From positions 11,621-75,620 of the forward strand of contig JBGAWP010000007.1 in the NCBI GenBank assembly GCA_044227505.1: DNA of 64,000 bases. Reading direction: 5' to 3'. How positions within the stretch are numbered: position 1 is the stretch's first letter; each line of letters begins with the position of its first letter. Made by a program: the position numbers and the translations under genes. The notes beneath the pieces are model-generated. The model saw only the letters and a program-made list of their open reading frames with translations, was not told the origin of the DNA and did no database searches. Source of the DNA: Chitinophagales bacterium. GTDB lineage: Bacteria > Bacteroidota > Bacteroidia > Chitinophagales > BACL12. Shown in pieces: positions 19,719-29,571 of this stretch.

Positions 19719-19726
19719 CAAAGATA
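19719..19726 (-). promoter_or_regulatory. -7 box TATCTTTG for lpdA
   Basis: Exact TAnnTTTG match, with 15 nt between the motif and the ATG. Confidence 0.55.
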
Positions 19727-19737
19727 GGAAAAGAGGG

Positions 19738-20129
19738 CGAGTGGTGAGTAGTGAGTGGTGAGAGGGGAGTGAGTAGGATGGGAAATGGTGAGTGGGATGT
19801 ATTGAGCAAGGATGATGGATTGATATCTTGTTGGAACTGATTGGTTCATTGTAAGATATTCCGGACTCACGGTTCACGAATAGGTGAGTGGTGAATGGTC
19901 AGTGGTGAGTAACTCCTGCTCAGCCGATGATGCGATTTCCTAGTGAAAATTAATCTTTAATGTTGCGTTAATTAAGCTCACTATTCACCATTCAGTACTC
20001 ACTATATGAGTAATGAGTTATGAGTAATGAGTTTGCTACTTGTCTGCTTGGTGGTTTGTTTTCCTATTGGTACCAATAGATACACATTAACAATCCACGG
20101 ACTCACAATTGACGATTCACGATTCACGG
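19738..20129. repeat. Block of short-period repeat arms (GTGAGTGG / CTCACY / GAGTAATGAG / CGATTCAC)
   Basis: Arms of opposite orientation at 19738-19911 and 19977-20004, with further arms at 20008-20031 and 20099-20129. Confidence 0.8.
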
Positions 20130-20145
20130 TCTTATGATATTTCCG

Positions 20146-20153
20146 TATATTTG
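20146..20153 (+). promoter_or_regulatory. -7 box TATATTTG for the downstream secreted-protein gene
   Basis: Exact TAnnTTTG match, with 18 nt between the motif and the ATG at 20172. Confidence 0.55.
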
Positions 20154-20171
20154 TTACAAAATCGCCTCCAA

Positions 20172-21071
20172 ATGAAAATAATATTTTTCCCAATATTTAT
20201 TATACTTTCAATGGTCACCATAAAAGCACAGGTTCCGGAATTTGCGCCGATTGGCGCGAAGTGGTGGTACGACCAGATAGAAAAGTTTCCACCTTATAAT
20301 ATTGCATATTGGCGTTTTGAAGTAATAAAGGATACCGTAATTGATGATTTACCATTGAGAAAAATTAATAAAACATTTGTGCATCAGACCGGGGAAAACA
20401 CAAATTCTTTTTATTTATATTCAGATAGTGGTGAGCTTTTTATTTACAATCCCGAAATTCAAATATTATTTCCATATTTTAATTTTAATGCAAGCGTAGG
20501 AGATACGATTCAAACTTCTGATGAATATGATGGTGTCGCAACAAATATTGTAGACTCTATTGTAAATATTGAAATTGAAGGCGAAATGCTTAAACGTTAT
20601 TATCTCTCCATTGTAGGTGACCCATATTATTATTTTGCGATTGATGGGTATTGTGGTTGTTTTACTGAAAGACTGGGAAGTGATGGATATTTTTTCGCTA
20701 CATTCGGTGCCGTGGATCCACCGCCGGGTGGACCGCGGAGATGTTATGAAGATGATCTAATAGGATTATACGGAGCAGATGATTTAGAGGATTGTGAGTA
20801 TATTTCCACCGGAATACAGGAAATAATATCATCAAAATTAAATATATACCCCAATCCGGCAGAGGATAAATTATTTGTGACATATAACATGTATTCTAAA
20901 CCTCAAATAAAATTAATTAATCTCGCCGGTGCAGAAATTATTATACCTGAAATAACAAATAATCAGAATATTTTGGAATGTGATATTAGCAATATTCCGG
21001 CAGGGATGTATTTTATTTCGATAATATCGGAAAATGGAATATATGCAACGGAAGTTTTTGTTAAACGATAA
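20172..21071 (+). CDS. Secreted protein with a T9SS C-terminal sorting domain
   Basis: Signal peptide MKIIFFPIFIILSMVTIKAQ. C-terminal LNIYPNPAEDKLFV...MYFISI...VFVKR sorting-domain pattern. Confidence 0.75.
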   Translation: MKIIFFPIFIILSMVTIKAQVPEFAPIGAKWWYDQIEKFPPYNIAYWRFEVIKDTVIDDLPLRKINKTFVHQTGENTNSFYLYSDSGELFIYNPEIQILFPYFNFNASVGDTIQTSDEYDGVATNIVDSIVNIEIEGEMLKRYYLSIVGDPYYYFAIDGYCGCFTERLGSDGYFFATFGAVDPPPGGPRRCYEDDLIGLYGADDLEDCEYISTGIQEIISSKLNIYPNPAEDKLFVTYNMYSKPQIKLINLAGAEIIIPEITNNQNILECDISNIPAGMYFISIISENGIYATEVFVKR

Positions 21072-21132
21072 TTGTTTTTTATTTACCTGTTTTCTCGTAG
21101 ACTATGTTTCAATTTGAAATAATTTATGATTC

Positions 21133-21196
21133 GTTGAAATTTGTGTTTTTGTAGAGTCGCAAAATTTTGCGACTCTACAAAAACACAAATTTCAAC
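21133..21196. repeat. 64-bp perfect palindrome
   Basis: gttgaaatttgtgtttttgtagagtcgcaaaa followed directly by its exact reverse complement. Confidence 0.95.
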
Positions 21197-21399
21197 CCGG
21201 ATACTCAGGGAAATATCTAATAACAATCAAAAAATAAAAAACCTGTCTGCCGGCAGTCGCCAGGCAGGCATTAATCGGATCACAACCCGGGAGAATATCC
21301 TCCGCAATGAACCCTGCAAACCTTATTAACCCTGATAACTCATTGAATACTGAATAAAGAACAAGGAATATAGAATGTTAATCGGAACGTAACTCAGAA

Positions 21400-21431
21400 C
21401 CTGCCTGACGCTGACGCAGTCGGCAGGCAGG
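21400..21431. repeat. cctgcctg...caggcagg hairpin repeat
   Basis: Related copy at 49549-49580 (11-bp stem). Flanked by CAGAACT short repeats spanning 21391-21462. Confidence 0.8.
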
Positions 21432-21515
21432 CCCAGAACTCAGAACCCAGAACTCAGAACTGAAACATGTAGTGATCGACGAAGGAGATCTACTACATGT
21501 CAGAACAAACAACGT

Positions 21516-22982
21516 TTAACTAAGTTTCTCAACAGCAACTCCCCATTCAAAATACAATTTATCCGCCTCTACTAATTCCATTTTTGGAGAAAAAATAGTT
21601 GGGTCAGCATTGATCTTTTTCAAATCATCCAATGTAAATAATTCCGCACCAATGCCTGCTAACATTGCTGCGCCTTTTACGGTGGATTCTAAATATTCGG
21701 GTCTGATGACAGGAATTTGTAATTGGTCACTTTGAAATTGCATCATCCAATTATTTGCGGATGCACCACCATCTACTTTTAATTCTTTTAATGTAATTCC
21801 GGAATCTTTTTTCATGGCTTCAAATACATCGCGAACCTGATAACATATTCCTTCCAATGCAGCGCGAACGATGTGATCTTTATTTGTTCCTCTGCTCAAA
21901 CCTGTTATACTGCCTTTTGCGTACATGTCCCAATGCGGAGCGCCTAGACCAGTGAATGCAGGGACAAAATATACTCCTCCGTTATCAGGTAAGCTAGCCG
22001 CAATTTGTTCCGTTTCATCACTGGATTTAATTATTTGAAGATTATCTCTTAACCATTGAATAACAGCACCTGCAATAAATACACTTCCCTCCAAGGCATA
22101 GTCAATTTTGCCATCAATTCCCCAGGCGATTGTGTTTAATAGTTTTGATTCAGATAATTGAAATGCTGTTCCTGTATTCATCAACATAAAACAGCCTGTT
22201 CCATAGGTGTTTTTAGCAGAACCTTTTTCAAAACAACATTGTCCGAATAAGGCAGCCTGTTGATCACCTGCAACACCTTTTATCGGAATTTCTTTTCCGT
22301 TAATATTTGCAAGACCAAAATCATCAACTGAATTTTTTACAGTTGGTAAAATTTGGATGGGGATATTTAATAATTGTAATAATGTATCATCCCAACCTAT
22401 TTTTTTAATATCAAATAACATGGTTCTTGATGCATTACTTACATCTGTTGCAAACATTTTTCCACCTGTGAGTTTCCAAATTAACCAGGTATCAATAGTG
22501 CCACATAATAAATTCCCTTTTTCGGCTTTTGTTCTTGCACCTTGTACATTATCCAGTATCCAATTGATTTTTGTTCCGGAAAAATAAGCGTCGATAAGTA
22601 ATCCGGTAGTTTTGCGAATATATTCCTCGTGACCATTTTGAATTAGTGTTTCACATAATGCCGCTGTCCTTCGATCTTGCCATACAATTGCGTTATAAAT
22701 TGGTTCACCTGTATTTTTATCCCATACAACAGTCGTTTCTCGTTGGTTTGTAATTCCTATGGAAACAATATCCTCCACATTAATTCCGGAATTTTTAATT
22801 ACTGCATGAATGGTAAATAATTGGGTCTCCCATATTTCATTGGCATCATGTTCCACCCAGCCTATTTCAGGAAATATTTGCGTAAATTCTTTTTGTTCCT
22901 TTGCTATTTCATTTAAATTCTCATCAAAAAGAATTGTTCTTGATGAAGTGGTTCCCTGATCAATTGCCAGAATATATTTCAT
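21516..22982 (-). CDS. glpK: Glycerol kinase
   Basis: FGGY kinase with N-terminal AIDQGTTSSR and GDQQAALFGQ. Confidence 0.95.
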   Translation of the reverse strand: MKYILAIDQGTTSSRTILFDENLNEIAKEQKEFTQIFPEIGWVEHDANEIWETQLFTIHAVIKNSGINVEDIVSIGITNQRETTVVWDKNTGEPIYNAIVWQDRRTAALCETLIQNGHEEYIRKTTGLLIDAYFSGTKINWILDNVQGARTKAEKGNLLCGTIDTWLIWKLTGGKMFATDVSNASRTMLFDIKKIGWDDTLLQLLNIPIQILPTVKNSVDDFGLANINGKEIPIKGVAGDQQAALFGQCCFEKGSAKNTYGTGCFMLMNTGTAFQLSESKLLNTIAWGIDGKIDYALEGSVFIAGAVIQWLRDNLQIIKSSDETEQIAASLPDNGGVYFVPAFTGLGAPHWDMYAKGSITGLSRGTNKDHIVRAALEGICYQVRDVFEAMKKDSGITLKELKVDGGASANNWMMQFQSDQLQIPVIRPEYLESTVKGAAMLAGIGAELFTLDDLKKINADPTIFSPKMELVEADKLYFEWGVAVEKLS

Positions 22983-22987
22983 CGCGA

Positions 22988-24064
22988 TTAATTTTTTAAT
23001 TTAACCTGCATTAGTACAGGCTGATGATCGGAGAATTCAAAATTGGTATTGATCGTTTTTATTTTTTGCAATTCTATGTTTGGTGAAAGGAGATAAAAAT
23101 CTATCACTGTTTTAAAAGTTTTATCATTTAAAGGTGTTTCTAAATGCCTGTTTGTAGGAACATCCGGATCATACGCCCAGAGCCAGTTTTCGGGAGTATA
23201 ATCAAAACTCATGGATGGAGGCATAAATCCGTCATAACCTCCTATAGGAGCAAAAAAATCGTGTTTAAAATTCGGAGGACATTGGTTCCAGTCGCCCCCA
23301 GCTATTACATAATTTCCTTTTTTATATTCTTCTTCCACGTATTTTTTAAGATAATTCATTTCGGCATTTTTTATTTCTCCGCTTTCATCATACGCAGAAT
23401 TATGGGTATTGATTATTATTAACTCTTTATTATTTGCCATCGGAAAACGCTGTGCTAAGAAACACCTGTCAAGAAAAAATATTCTTGTAGGCCATGGAAA
23501 TTTTCCCGGATATTGAAATCGCTTAGATTCTACAGGTTGATATCTCGCAAAAGTTGCAACTCCACCAGTAACTTTCCCCATAGGATTGGTGTATGGAACA
23601 GGAACAAAATTTACATCGTAATTTAATCCAAAACTTGCCGAATAATTTGTTAATGTATGAAATACACTATCGTATTGATTAACTCCAAAACTGCGTGCAG
23701 AATTAACATCAATTTCCTGTATCAGAAAAAAATCAACGGTATCGTTTGATCTTAATAAATTTAATTGGCCCTGAAAATCCTTATCCCAAATTTCCTTAGG
23801 TGCTCTCACCATTCTTCCGCCATCGTAAAAAAAGTCAGCTTCCTTACCTAGTCCGCCATACCCAATGTTCCAGATCATGAGATTTATTACGGAATCTATA
23901 GAATTTGATGCCAGGGCATTACCCTCTGTTTTAACCTTTTCACTTGTTTCGGGAATGGGTTTATATTCAGTAATTGTTCCATAAAGAATTACACCGATCA
24001 GATAAAGTGCAACAATTAGCACGAGTAACAGAATGATGCGGAAGGATTTTTTTATATATTTCAT
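22988..24064 (-). CDS. Membrane-anchored endonuclease/exonuclease/phosphatase-family protein
   Basis: N-terminal TM helix and C-terminal FSDHQPV motif. Confidence 0.8.
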   Translation of the reverse strand: MKYIKKSFRIILLLVLIVALYLIGVILYGTITEYKPIPETSEKVKTEGNALASNSIDSVINLMIWNIGYGGLGKEADFFYDGGRMVRAPKEIWDKDFQGQLNLLRSNDTVDFFLIQEIDVNSARSFGVNQYDSVFHTLTNYSASFGLNYDVNFVPVPYTNPMGKVTGGVATFARYQPVESKRFQYPGKFPWPTRIFFLDRCFLAQRFPMANNKELIIINTHNSAYDESGEIKNAEMNYLKKYVEEEYKKGNYVIAGGDWNQCPPNFKHDFFAPIGGYDGFMPPSMSFDYTPENWLWAYDPDVPTNRHLETPLNDKTFKTVIDFYLLSPNIELQKIKTINTNFEFSDHQPVLMQVKLKN

Positions 24065-24080
24065 AAATTCTGGTATTTAA

Positions 24081-24143
24081 CGTTGTGGTTGGTGACGGGG
24101 GTTGGTGTCCGTGGTTGTGTGTTTTTCACCAACCACAACCACG
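24081..24143. repeat. Inverted short-period arms GTGGTTGG / CCAACCAC
   Basis: cgttgtggttggtga ... tcaccaaccacaaccacg, in a divergent spacer. Confidence 0.75.
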
Positions 24144-24193
24144 TTTGTTAATGTCGATTTCAATCCCGAAGGTAAAAGTTTTACCTTATATTT

Positions 24194-25054
24194 ATGCCAA
24201 CATTATATAAAGTATTTATGAATCATTCTACATACGATTGGAAGAACAAAAAAGGTCAGCATATTTTCGCTCAGCGTTGGCTACCGGATGGCAAACCGGT
24301 TGCTGTTATATGTCACGTACACGGCCAAAGCGATCACAGCAGCCGATTTGAACATGTGGCTGGGTTTTTTGTGGATCATGATATTGCATTTATTGCTATA
24401 GACCTTATTGGTCATGGTAAAAGTGCGGGCGCGCGAGGTCATATTCGTTCCTTTAAGGAATATACTGAGTCGGTTGACATGTTATTGGATGAAGCGGAGA
24501 AATTATTTCCCGTTGTTCCTGTGTTCGTTTATGGGCATAGTATGGGTGGAACAATTGTTTTACATCATTCCTTTAATACTTCAAGAAATATAAAAGGATA
24601 TATTGTTACTTCTCCCTGGATAAAACTGGCATTTGAACCACCAGCATGGAAAGTTGCGTTGGGAAAAACAATTAAATCCATTTTTCCAGCTTTGTTACAG
24701 CCTACGGGATTGGTTGCTTCTTTAATTTCGCATGATGAAGAAGTTGTGCAAAAGTATATGAACGATAAATTGGTACATGGAAAAATTTCAGCATCCGCAT
24801 TTTTTGAAATCCTCACACACGGGTATGCAATTTTAGACCATGGGGATGATTTAAAATATCCTGTATTATTGATGCATGGCACCGGAGATAAAATTACATC
24901 CTGTGATGCAAGCAGAACATTTGCAAATAAACATCAGAAAAATTTGACCTTTATCGAAATGGATGGTTTGTATCATGAAATGCATAACGAACCTCAACAA
25001 TTGACTGTGTTTAATGAAATGTTAAATTGGATAAAAAATACAATAAATAAATAA
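24194..25054 (+). CDS. Alpha/beta hydrolase (lysophospholipase / monoacylglycerol lipase-like)
   Basis: HGQSDHSSRF and the GHSMGG nucleophile elbow. An alternative ATG is at 24218. Confidence 0.8.
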   Translation: MPTLYKVFMNHSTYDWKNKKGQHIFAQRWLPDGKPVAVICHVHGQSDHSSRFEHVAGFFVDHDIAFIAIDLIGHGKSAGARGHIRSFKEYTESVDMLLDEAEKLFPVVPVFVYGHSMGGTIVLHHSFNTSRNIKGYIVTSPWIKLAFEPPAWKVALGKTIKSIFPALLQPTGLVASLISHDEEVVQKYMNDKLVHGKISASAFFEILTHGYAILDHGDDLKYPVLLMHGTGDKITSCDASRTFANKHQKNLTFIEMDGLYHEMHNEPQQLTVFNEMLNWIKNTINK

Positions 25055-25057
25055 TGT

Positions 25058-25507
25058 ATGGCACCTAAACCAAATGCACTTCAAACTATGACCATAATTT
25101 ATGCATCTCTTATCATGGGGGTGATATTATTTGGTGTAATGACAATTTTTGTATTGGGAAAACCTGCCCAACCACAAAATGAAATGGATATTTTGGGATA
25201 TGTAGCAATCATTGCTTCTATTGTTGTACCTCTTGGTGGTGTTTATCTTTACAATAAATTAATTGCCGAAGTAAAAGAAGCTGACGTAAAAACAAAATTA
25301 ACTAAATGGCGTTCTGCAACAATTATACGTGCAGCAACCATTGAAGGACCTTGTTTATTTTGTGTGGTAAATATCATGTTGAGTGGTGCAGATATTTTTT
25401 TATATCTGTATGTTGCACTGCTGGTGTTGATGATATTTAATTTCCCGACAAAGAACAGGGTGATAAATGAACTTCAGATATCGGAAGAGGAATTAAATGC
25501 TGCTTGA
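25058..25507 (+). CDS. Membrane protein of unknown function (about 4 TM)
   Basis: Hydrophobic segments. Starts 3 nt after the preceding stop. Confidence 0.5.
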   Translation: MAPKPNALQTMTIIYASLIMGVILFGVMTIFVLGKPAQPQNEMDILGYVAIIASIVVPLGGVYLYNKLIAEVKEADVKTKLTKWRSATIIRAATIEGPCLFCVVNIMLSGADIFLYLYVALLVLMIFNFPTKNRVINELQISEEELNAA

Positions 25508-25515
25508 ATATTAAT

Positions 25516-26571
25516 TTACCTTGTCCTATTCAATCCCATAGCCTTCACCATCCAATTAGGTAATGCTTGTTCAGGATCCCTTTTTTGCAGATTTAAATAC
25601 CATCCAAACTTTTTTAATATCGGCACTTTATGTGTTTCTACAAATTCAATTAATGCCCCATCAGGATCTTCTATATACGAAAAATGACCCGCTGCCTCTC
25701 CCATATCAAAATGATCGCCGCTATCTACTGTAAATGGATAACCTTTTGATGTACATAATTCTTTCATTTCTTTCATGCCCTGAATATCAAAACACAAATG
25801 AATAAAACCGAGATCCCCCCAATAACGATTTTCAAATATTTTTTTTGCAGGACGATCGTAAATTTTAATTAATTCAATTTCACCATTTCCCAATAATTTA
25901 CTGAATGGTCCGCGACGTGAAGCAGATTGTGCCAATAATACTCTGCGAGATTTTATTTGTCCGCCCTGTAATATTGCAGTATCGGTAAAAGTATCTTCTT
26001 TATCATAAACAACCTTATCAAATCCAAGAATTTCAGAATAAAATCTTATCGATCTTTCGATATCGCTAACTCCAATTAGGGCACCATAACTTCCACCGGT
26101 TTTGAATTCTGTTTTACCAAACCAATCATCCGCTTTTACAATTTCAAATACGTTTCCATAAAGGTCTTTCAAATAAAAATGCGGATCTCCTTTTGGATCG
26201 GTAGTTACATCCCCCAAAATATTTACACCTTGTTTTTTTAACGAATTAAAAGTTGCATGTACATCGCGACTTTTTATTTTACATGCATAAATTCCGAGAT
26301 CGCCATATTGAATTTCAAATGCTGCAGCAACGGGTTTTCTGGAAGTGTATTGCCATATCTCAAATCCACCACCTCCATTCATATTAATTGCAAGTATTGC
26401 ATGGCGCTTGTGTGGCTGTCCTCCCGTGTAGGGCAACATCAAATTAGCTTCTGCAGCCTCTTCAAATATCTTCACATCCATCCCGAATTTTTCTCTGTAC
26501 CATCTCCATGCTTCGTGCACGAAAGGATTGCCTATTCCTATTTGTTGTATTCCGCTGATTATAGGTTTCAT
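25516..26571 (-). CDS. Two-domain VOC (glyoxalase/dioxygenase-fold) protein
   Basis: Repeated beta-alpha-beta-beta-beta-like modules and the glyoxalase-like segment YSEILGFDKV. Confidence 0.65.
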   Translation of the reverse strand: MKPIISGIQQIGIGNPFVHEAWRWYREKFGMDVKIFEEAAEANLMLPYTGGQPHKRHAILAINMNGGGGFEIWQYTSRKPVAAAFEIQYGDLGIYACKIKSRDVHATFNSLKKQGVNILGDVTTDPKGDPHFYLKDLYGNVFEIVKADDWFGKTEFKTGGSYGALIGVSDIERSIRFYSEILGFDKVVYDKEDTFTDTAILQGGQIKSRRVLLAQSASRRGPFSKLLGNGEIELIKIYDRPAKKIFENRYWGDLGFIHLCFDIQGMKEMKELCTSKGYPFTVDSGDHFDMGEAAGHFSYIEDPDGALIEFVETHKVPILKKFGWYLNLQKRDPEQALPNWMVKAMGLNRTR

Positions 26572-26607
26572 TGTTTTATTTTCAGTTTGTTAATTTATTT
26601 TTTTTTT

Positions 26608-26805
26608 CGTGAATCGTGAGGCGTGAATCGTGAGTTTAGTTCTCGTTAGATTGATGATTTTATTCCAACAGGAAAATTAACTATCAACCAAAGTAAAGGT
26701 AAACTCATAACTCATTACTCATTCATCCCAAGTAAAAGTTCTCCTACGAAGCAAAATCATGATGCGGACATACTCACCACTCACCACTCACCATTCACCA
26801 TTCAC
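26608..26805. repeat. Spacer with CGTGAATCGTGAG arm (26608-26634) and CTCACCA/TTCACCA arm (26773-26805)
   Basis: Opposite-orientation arms in one convergent spacer. Confidence 0.75.
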
Positions 26806-27623
26806 TATTTCGTTGCTACTTTTGATATCATTTTATAATATAGTCCAGGCAAAAACCTCCTGATATGCGCCATCCATATTTCTTTTCCGCCAATAAGCAC
26901 TTCTTTTTTATTGTTTTTTATTGCGTTAATTATTTTTCTTACGCAAACATCAACAGGCATTCCGTTTTTTTGCCCCGGATCCAAAACTGCCTGATTTTTT
27001 CCATCGCCTTTTACTGCGTTGTACGAAATATTTGTAAACACAAATCCTGGCATTATAATATGAATTTGAACAGGAGAACCCTTAATGGTATTTTCTGCCC
27101 GCATTGCATCAAAATACCCTATCAAAGCATGTTTACTCGCGCAGTAAGTAGATCGATTCGGAACACCAATTTTCCCGGTGATACTGCTCAATAAAATTAT
27201 TTTTCCATATTCGTTTTTTTCCATTTGTGGAATAACCGCCTTACTTAAAATAACGGAACTTGTAAAATTAATATCCATGATGCGTTGCTCCACATCTGCT
27301 TTGGTTTCCATTGCGGTGGAGCGCTGGCTTATACCTCCACTGTTTATAAGCATATCTATCCTCCCAAATAATGAAATAGCTTTTTCCGCTATAGAATTTA
27401 AGGTGGAAAGATCAGCGAGGTCAACGGGTAAAACTTCAATATTACTGCTATAGGGGAGGCATTCGGTTTTAACTCTTTCGAGTTCATCTGTTCTTCGTGC
27501 TGATAATATAAGCGTTGCTTTTTGTCTTGCAAGTTGTTTTGCAAGTTCCTCCCCGATACCTGAGGAGGCACCGGTTATCCAGATCACTTTTCCCGTGGCA
27601 AATGTCCTATTTTCGGCTGACAT
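26805..27623 (-). CDS. Short-chain dehydrogenase/reductase
   Basis: TGASSGIG cofactor loop and the YCASK catalytic motif. Confidence 0.9.
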   Translation of the reverse strand: MSAENRTFATGKVIWITGASSGIGEELAKQLARQKATLILSARRTDELERVKTECLPYSSNIEVLPVDLADLSTLNSIAEKAISLFGRIDMLINSGGISQRSTAMETKADVEQRIMDINFTSSVILSKAVIPQMEKNEYGKIILLSSITGKIGVPNRSTYCASKHALIGYFDAMRAENTIKGSPVQIHIIMPGFVFTNISYNAVKGDGKNQAVLDPGQKNGMPVDVCVRKIINAIKNNKKEVLIGGKEIWMAHIRRFLPGLYYKMISKVATK

Positions 27624-27637
27624 GCCGCAAAGATAAC

Positions 27638-28342
27638 TTATAACCCTTTAGGATGTTTGATCATACTGTGGTAAGTATTGCGAATGCGCTGCGGGCTATA
27701 GGCTCCCGACATGAACATATACATGGCCACAGCATTCGCAAGGTTTACTTTCGCCCAGCTGTTGTGTTCATATTTTCTTGCAGATACCACGGCATATTCG
27801 GGTATTACTTTAAAGGTATATTGTTTCATTAATCGCTTTACGAAATCGTAATCCTCCATGATGATATATTTTTCACTAAATCCTTTCAAAGCAAAAAATA
27901 TTTCTTTTTTTACAAAAAGTGTCTGGTCGCCGCCACGGCAGATCAAGCCGCCGAAACGGTTAAAAAAGGCATTGACTTTTAATAAATATTTATCGGAATC
28001 AAATCTATACCGAAAACATCCTGCGTCATAATTTTGATAAACAGCTTCCACTATGGAATTAAAACAGGTTGCAGGAGGAATGCAATCTGCATGTACAAAA
28101 TACAAAATATCTCCCTTCGCGTGCTCTGCAGCATAATTCATTTGATTGGAGCGACCTTTTTTTGGTGAATATAGAATTGTAGTTTTATATAGAGAAGCAA
28201 TTTTTACCGTATCATCTTCACTTCCACCATCACAAACAATACATTCTAAAATTTTATCGGAATTTATTGATTCGAGCCACAACAAAATTTTTGAAATATA
28301 TTTTTCCTCATTCAGCGTTGGAATAATTATACTGATCTTCAT
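27638..28342 (-). CDS. Family 2 glycosyltransferase (TIGR04283-like by recollection)
   Basis: ISIIIPTLNEE, VCDGGSEDDT and FVHADCIPP. Confidence 0.75.
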   Translation of the reverse strand: MKISIIIPTLNEEKYISKILLWLESINSDKILECIVCDGGSEDDTVKIASLYKTTILYSPKKGRSNQMNYAAEHAKGDILYFVHADCIPPATCFNSIVEAVYQNYDAGCFRYRFDSDKYLLKVNAFFNRFGGLICRGGDQTLFVKKEIFFALKGFSEKYIIMEDYDFVKRLMKQYTFKVIPEYAVVSARKYEHNSWAKVNLANAVAMYMFMSGAYSPQRIRNTYHSMIKHPKGL

Positions 28343-28344
28343 GT

Positions 28345-28875
28345 TTAAATTCGTTTTACCATGATAAAATCATTTTGCACATCGTCACCTAAAGTAAAAG
28401 TTGTTGTTCCTGCAATTATAAATCCGCGGTGTTTATAAATTTCAATCGCTCTTTCATTCTTTTGCCAGACACCTAACCAGATATAATTACAATTATTTTC
28501 TAACGCAAATTTTATACTAATGTTCATCAACTTACTTCCTGCTTTCAATTGCTGATAATCTTTTAAAACATAATAGCGGGCAATTTCACAACCCCTTCCT
28601 TCATGCATATACGAAGTATTACCGAGTTCCAGTTTTATATATCCGATCAATTTTGTTTCATACTCGGCAACAAAAATGCTGATTTGAGACCCCTGGAGTT
28701 CTTTTGTTAATGTTTCCGGCGTAAAATGGGTGGCTATATATTTTTGCATATCGTACGCCGTGTTTTGCATATGATAGGTATCAAAAAAAGTGGTGGCGCA
28801 CAGGTCTTGGAGCTTCAGAACATCGTCGGTGGTTGCTTTCCGGTATAAAATCAAATCAGGTTCAATAGCGCTCAT
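28345..28875 (-). CDS. GNAT-family N-acetyltransferase
   Basis: Acetyl-CoA binding-like segment QQLKAGSKLM with the C-terminal YKHRGF pattern. Confidence 0.75.
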   Translation of the reverse strand: MSAIEPDLILYRKATTDDVLKLQDLCATTFFDTYHMQNTAYDMQKYIATHFTPETLTKELQGSQISIFVAEYETKLIGYIKLELGNTSYMHEGRGCEIARYYVLKDYQQLKAGSKLMNISIKFALENNCNYIWLGVWQKNERAIEIYKHRGFIIAGTTTFTLGDDVQNDFIMVKRI

Positions 28876-29065
28876 CGGTCAATTTTAACAATTTGCCGAC
28901 AAATTATCGGTATTAACAGATATTTTTTGTTAAAATTCTTGACCTGGGTGTAACTTTCGGACTAATTCAAACGCCATAGCGTTAAATATGGTTAAAAGAT
29001 ATACATATTAACATAATAAATTTTAATTTCACGTTACCGAAGGGTAGCACTATAAAAACCACAAA

Positions 29066-29446
29066 ATGAAAAACCTGATCGCTTTCGTATTTGTATTGTT
29101 AACAGGCGTTTCTCTTGCATTTGCGGGCGGACCGGAAGGTGACGATTTGTTAAATGCCGCTACCTGTGTAGTGGATGAAACAGCCCAGCGCAGCTACTCC
29201 TCCAGTCAATCCGGGGAAAAAAAGATATCTTATGCTTCTGTGATTCCGGCTCCGGATGAAAAAAATGTGGTGATCACATTTACGATCAATGAGGATAATA
29301 AAATACATGTGGTGGATGTTAAGGGAGGTTATGCCTTTCTCAACCATTATATTAAATCTTCTCTGGAAGGCAAGGTGATCAAAACGGAAAATGCTTTGCC
29401 CGGGATTAACTATGTAATGGCTGTAAAACTGCCTACCACTGTTTAA
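29066..29446 (+). CDS. Small secreted protein of unknown function
   Basis: Signal peptide MKNLIAFVFVLLTGVSLAFA. Followed by a terminator. Confidence 0.5.
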   Translation: MKNLIAFVFVLLTGVSLAFAGGPEGDDLLNAATCVVDETAQRSYSSSQSGEKKISYASVIPAPDEKNVVITFTINEDNKIHVVDVKGGYAFLNHYIKSSLEGKVIKTENALPGINYVMAVKLPTTV

Positions 29447-29468
29447 AATATTGATAAAAGCTATACGG

Positions 29469-29500
29469 AACCCTCGAACTTAGTCGGGGGTTTTCTATTT
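29469..29500 (+). terminator. Rho-independent terminator
   Basis: aaccctcga / tcgggggtt stem followed by ttctattttt. Confidence 0.6.
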
Positions 29501-29571
29501 TTGGGGCGTGAGAGGGAATTTTGGAAGGTCCATTATTTGAAGATATCCCCTTATTAATTCGAAATTAATTT

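Noticed and set aside
19704-19877. Longer lpdA start at 19877
   Set aside because: The extension translates the GTGAGTGG repeat arms, and a consensus -7 box sits inside it at 19719-19726. The FAD-binding N-terminus starts at 19703.
21141-21329. 62-aa ORF across the 64-bp palindrome
   Set aside because: It reads straight through palindrome and hairpin repeats, and no promoter or coding features are present.
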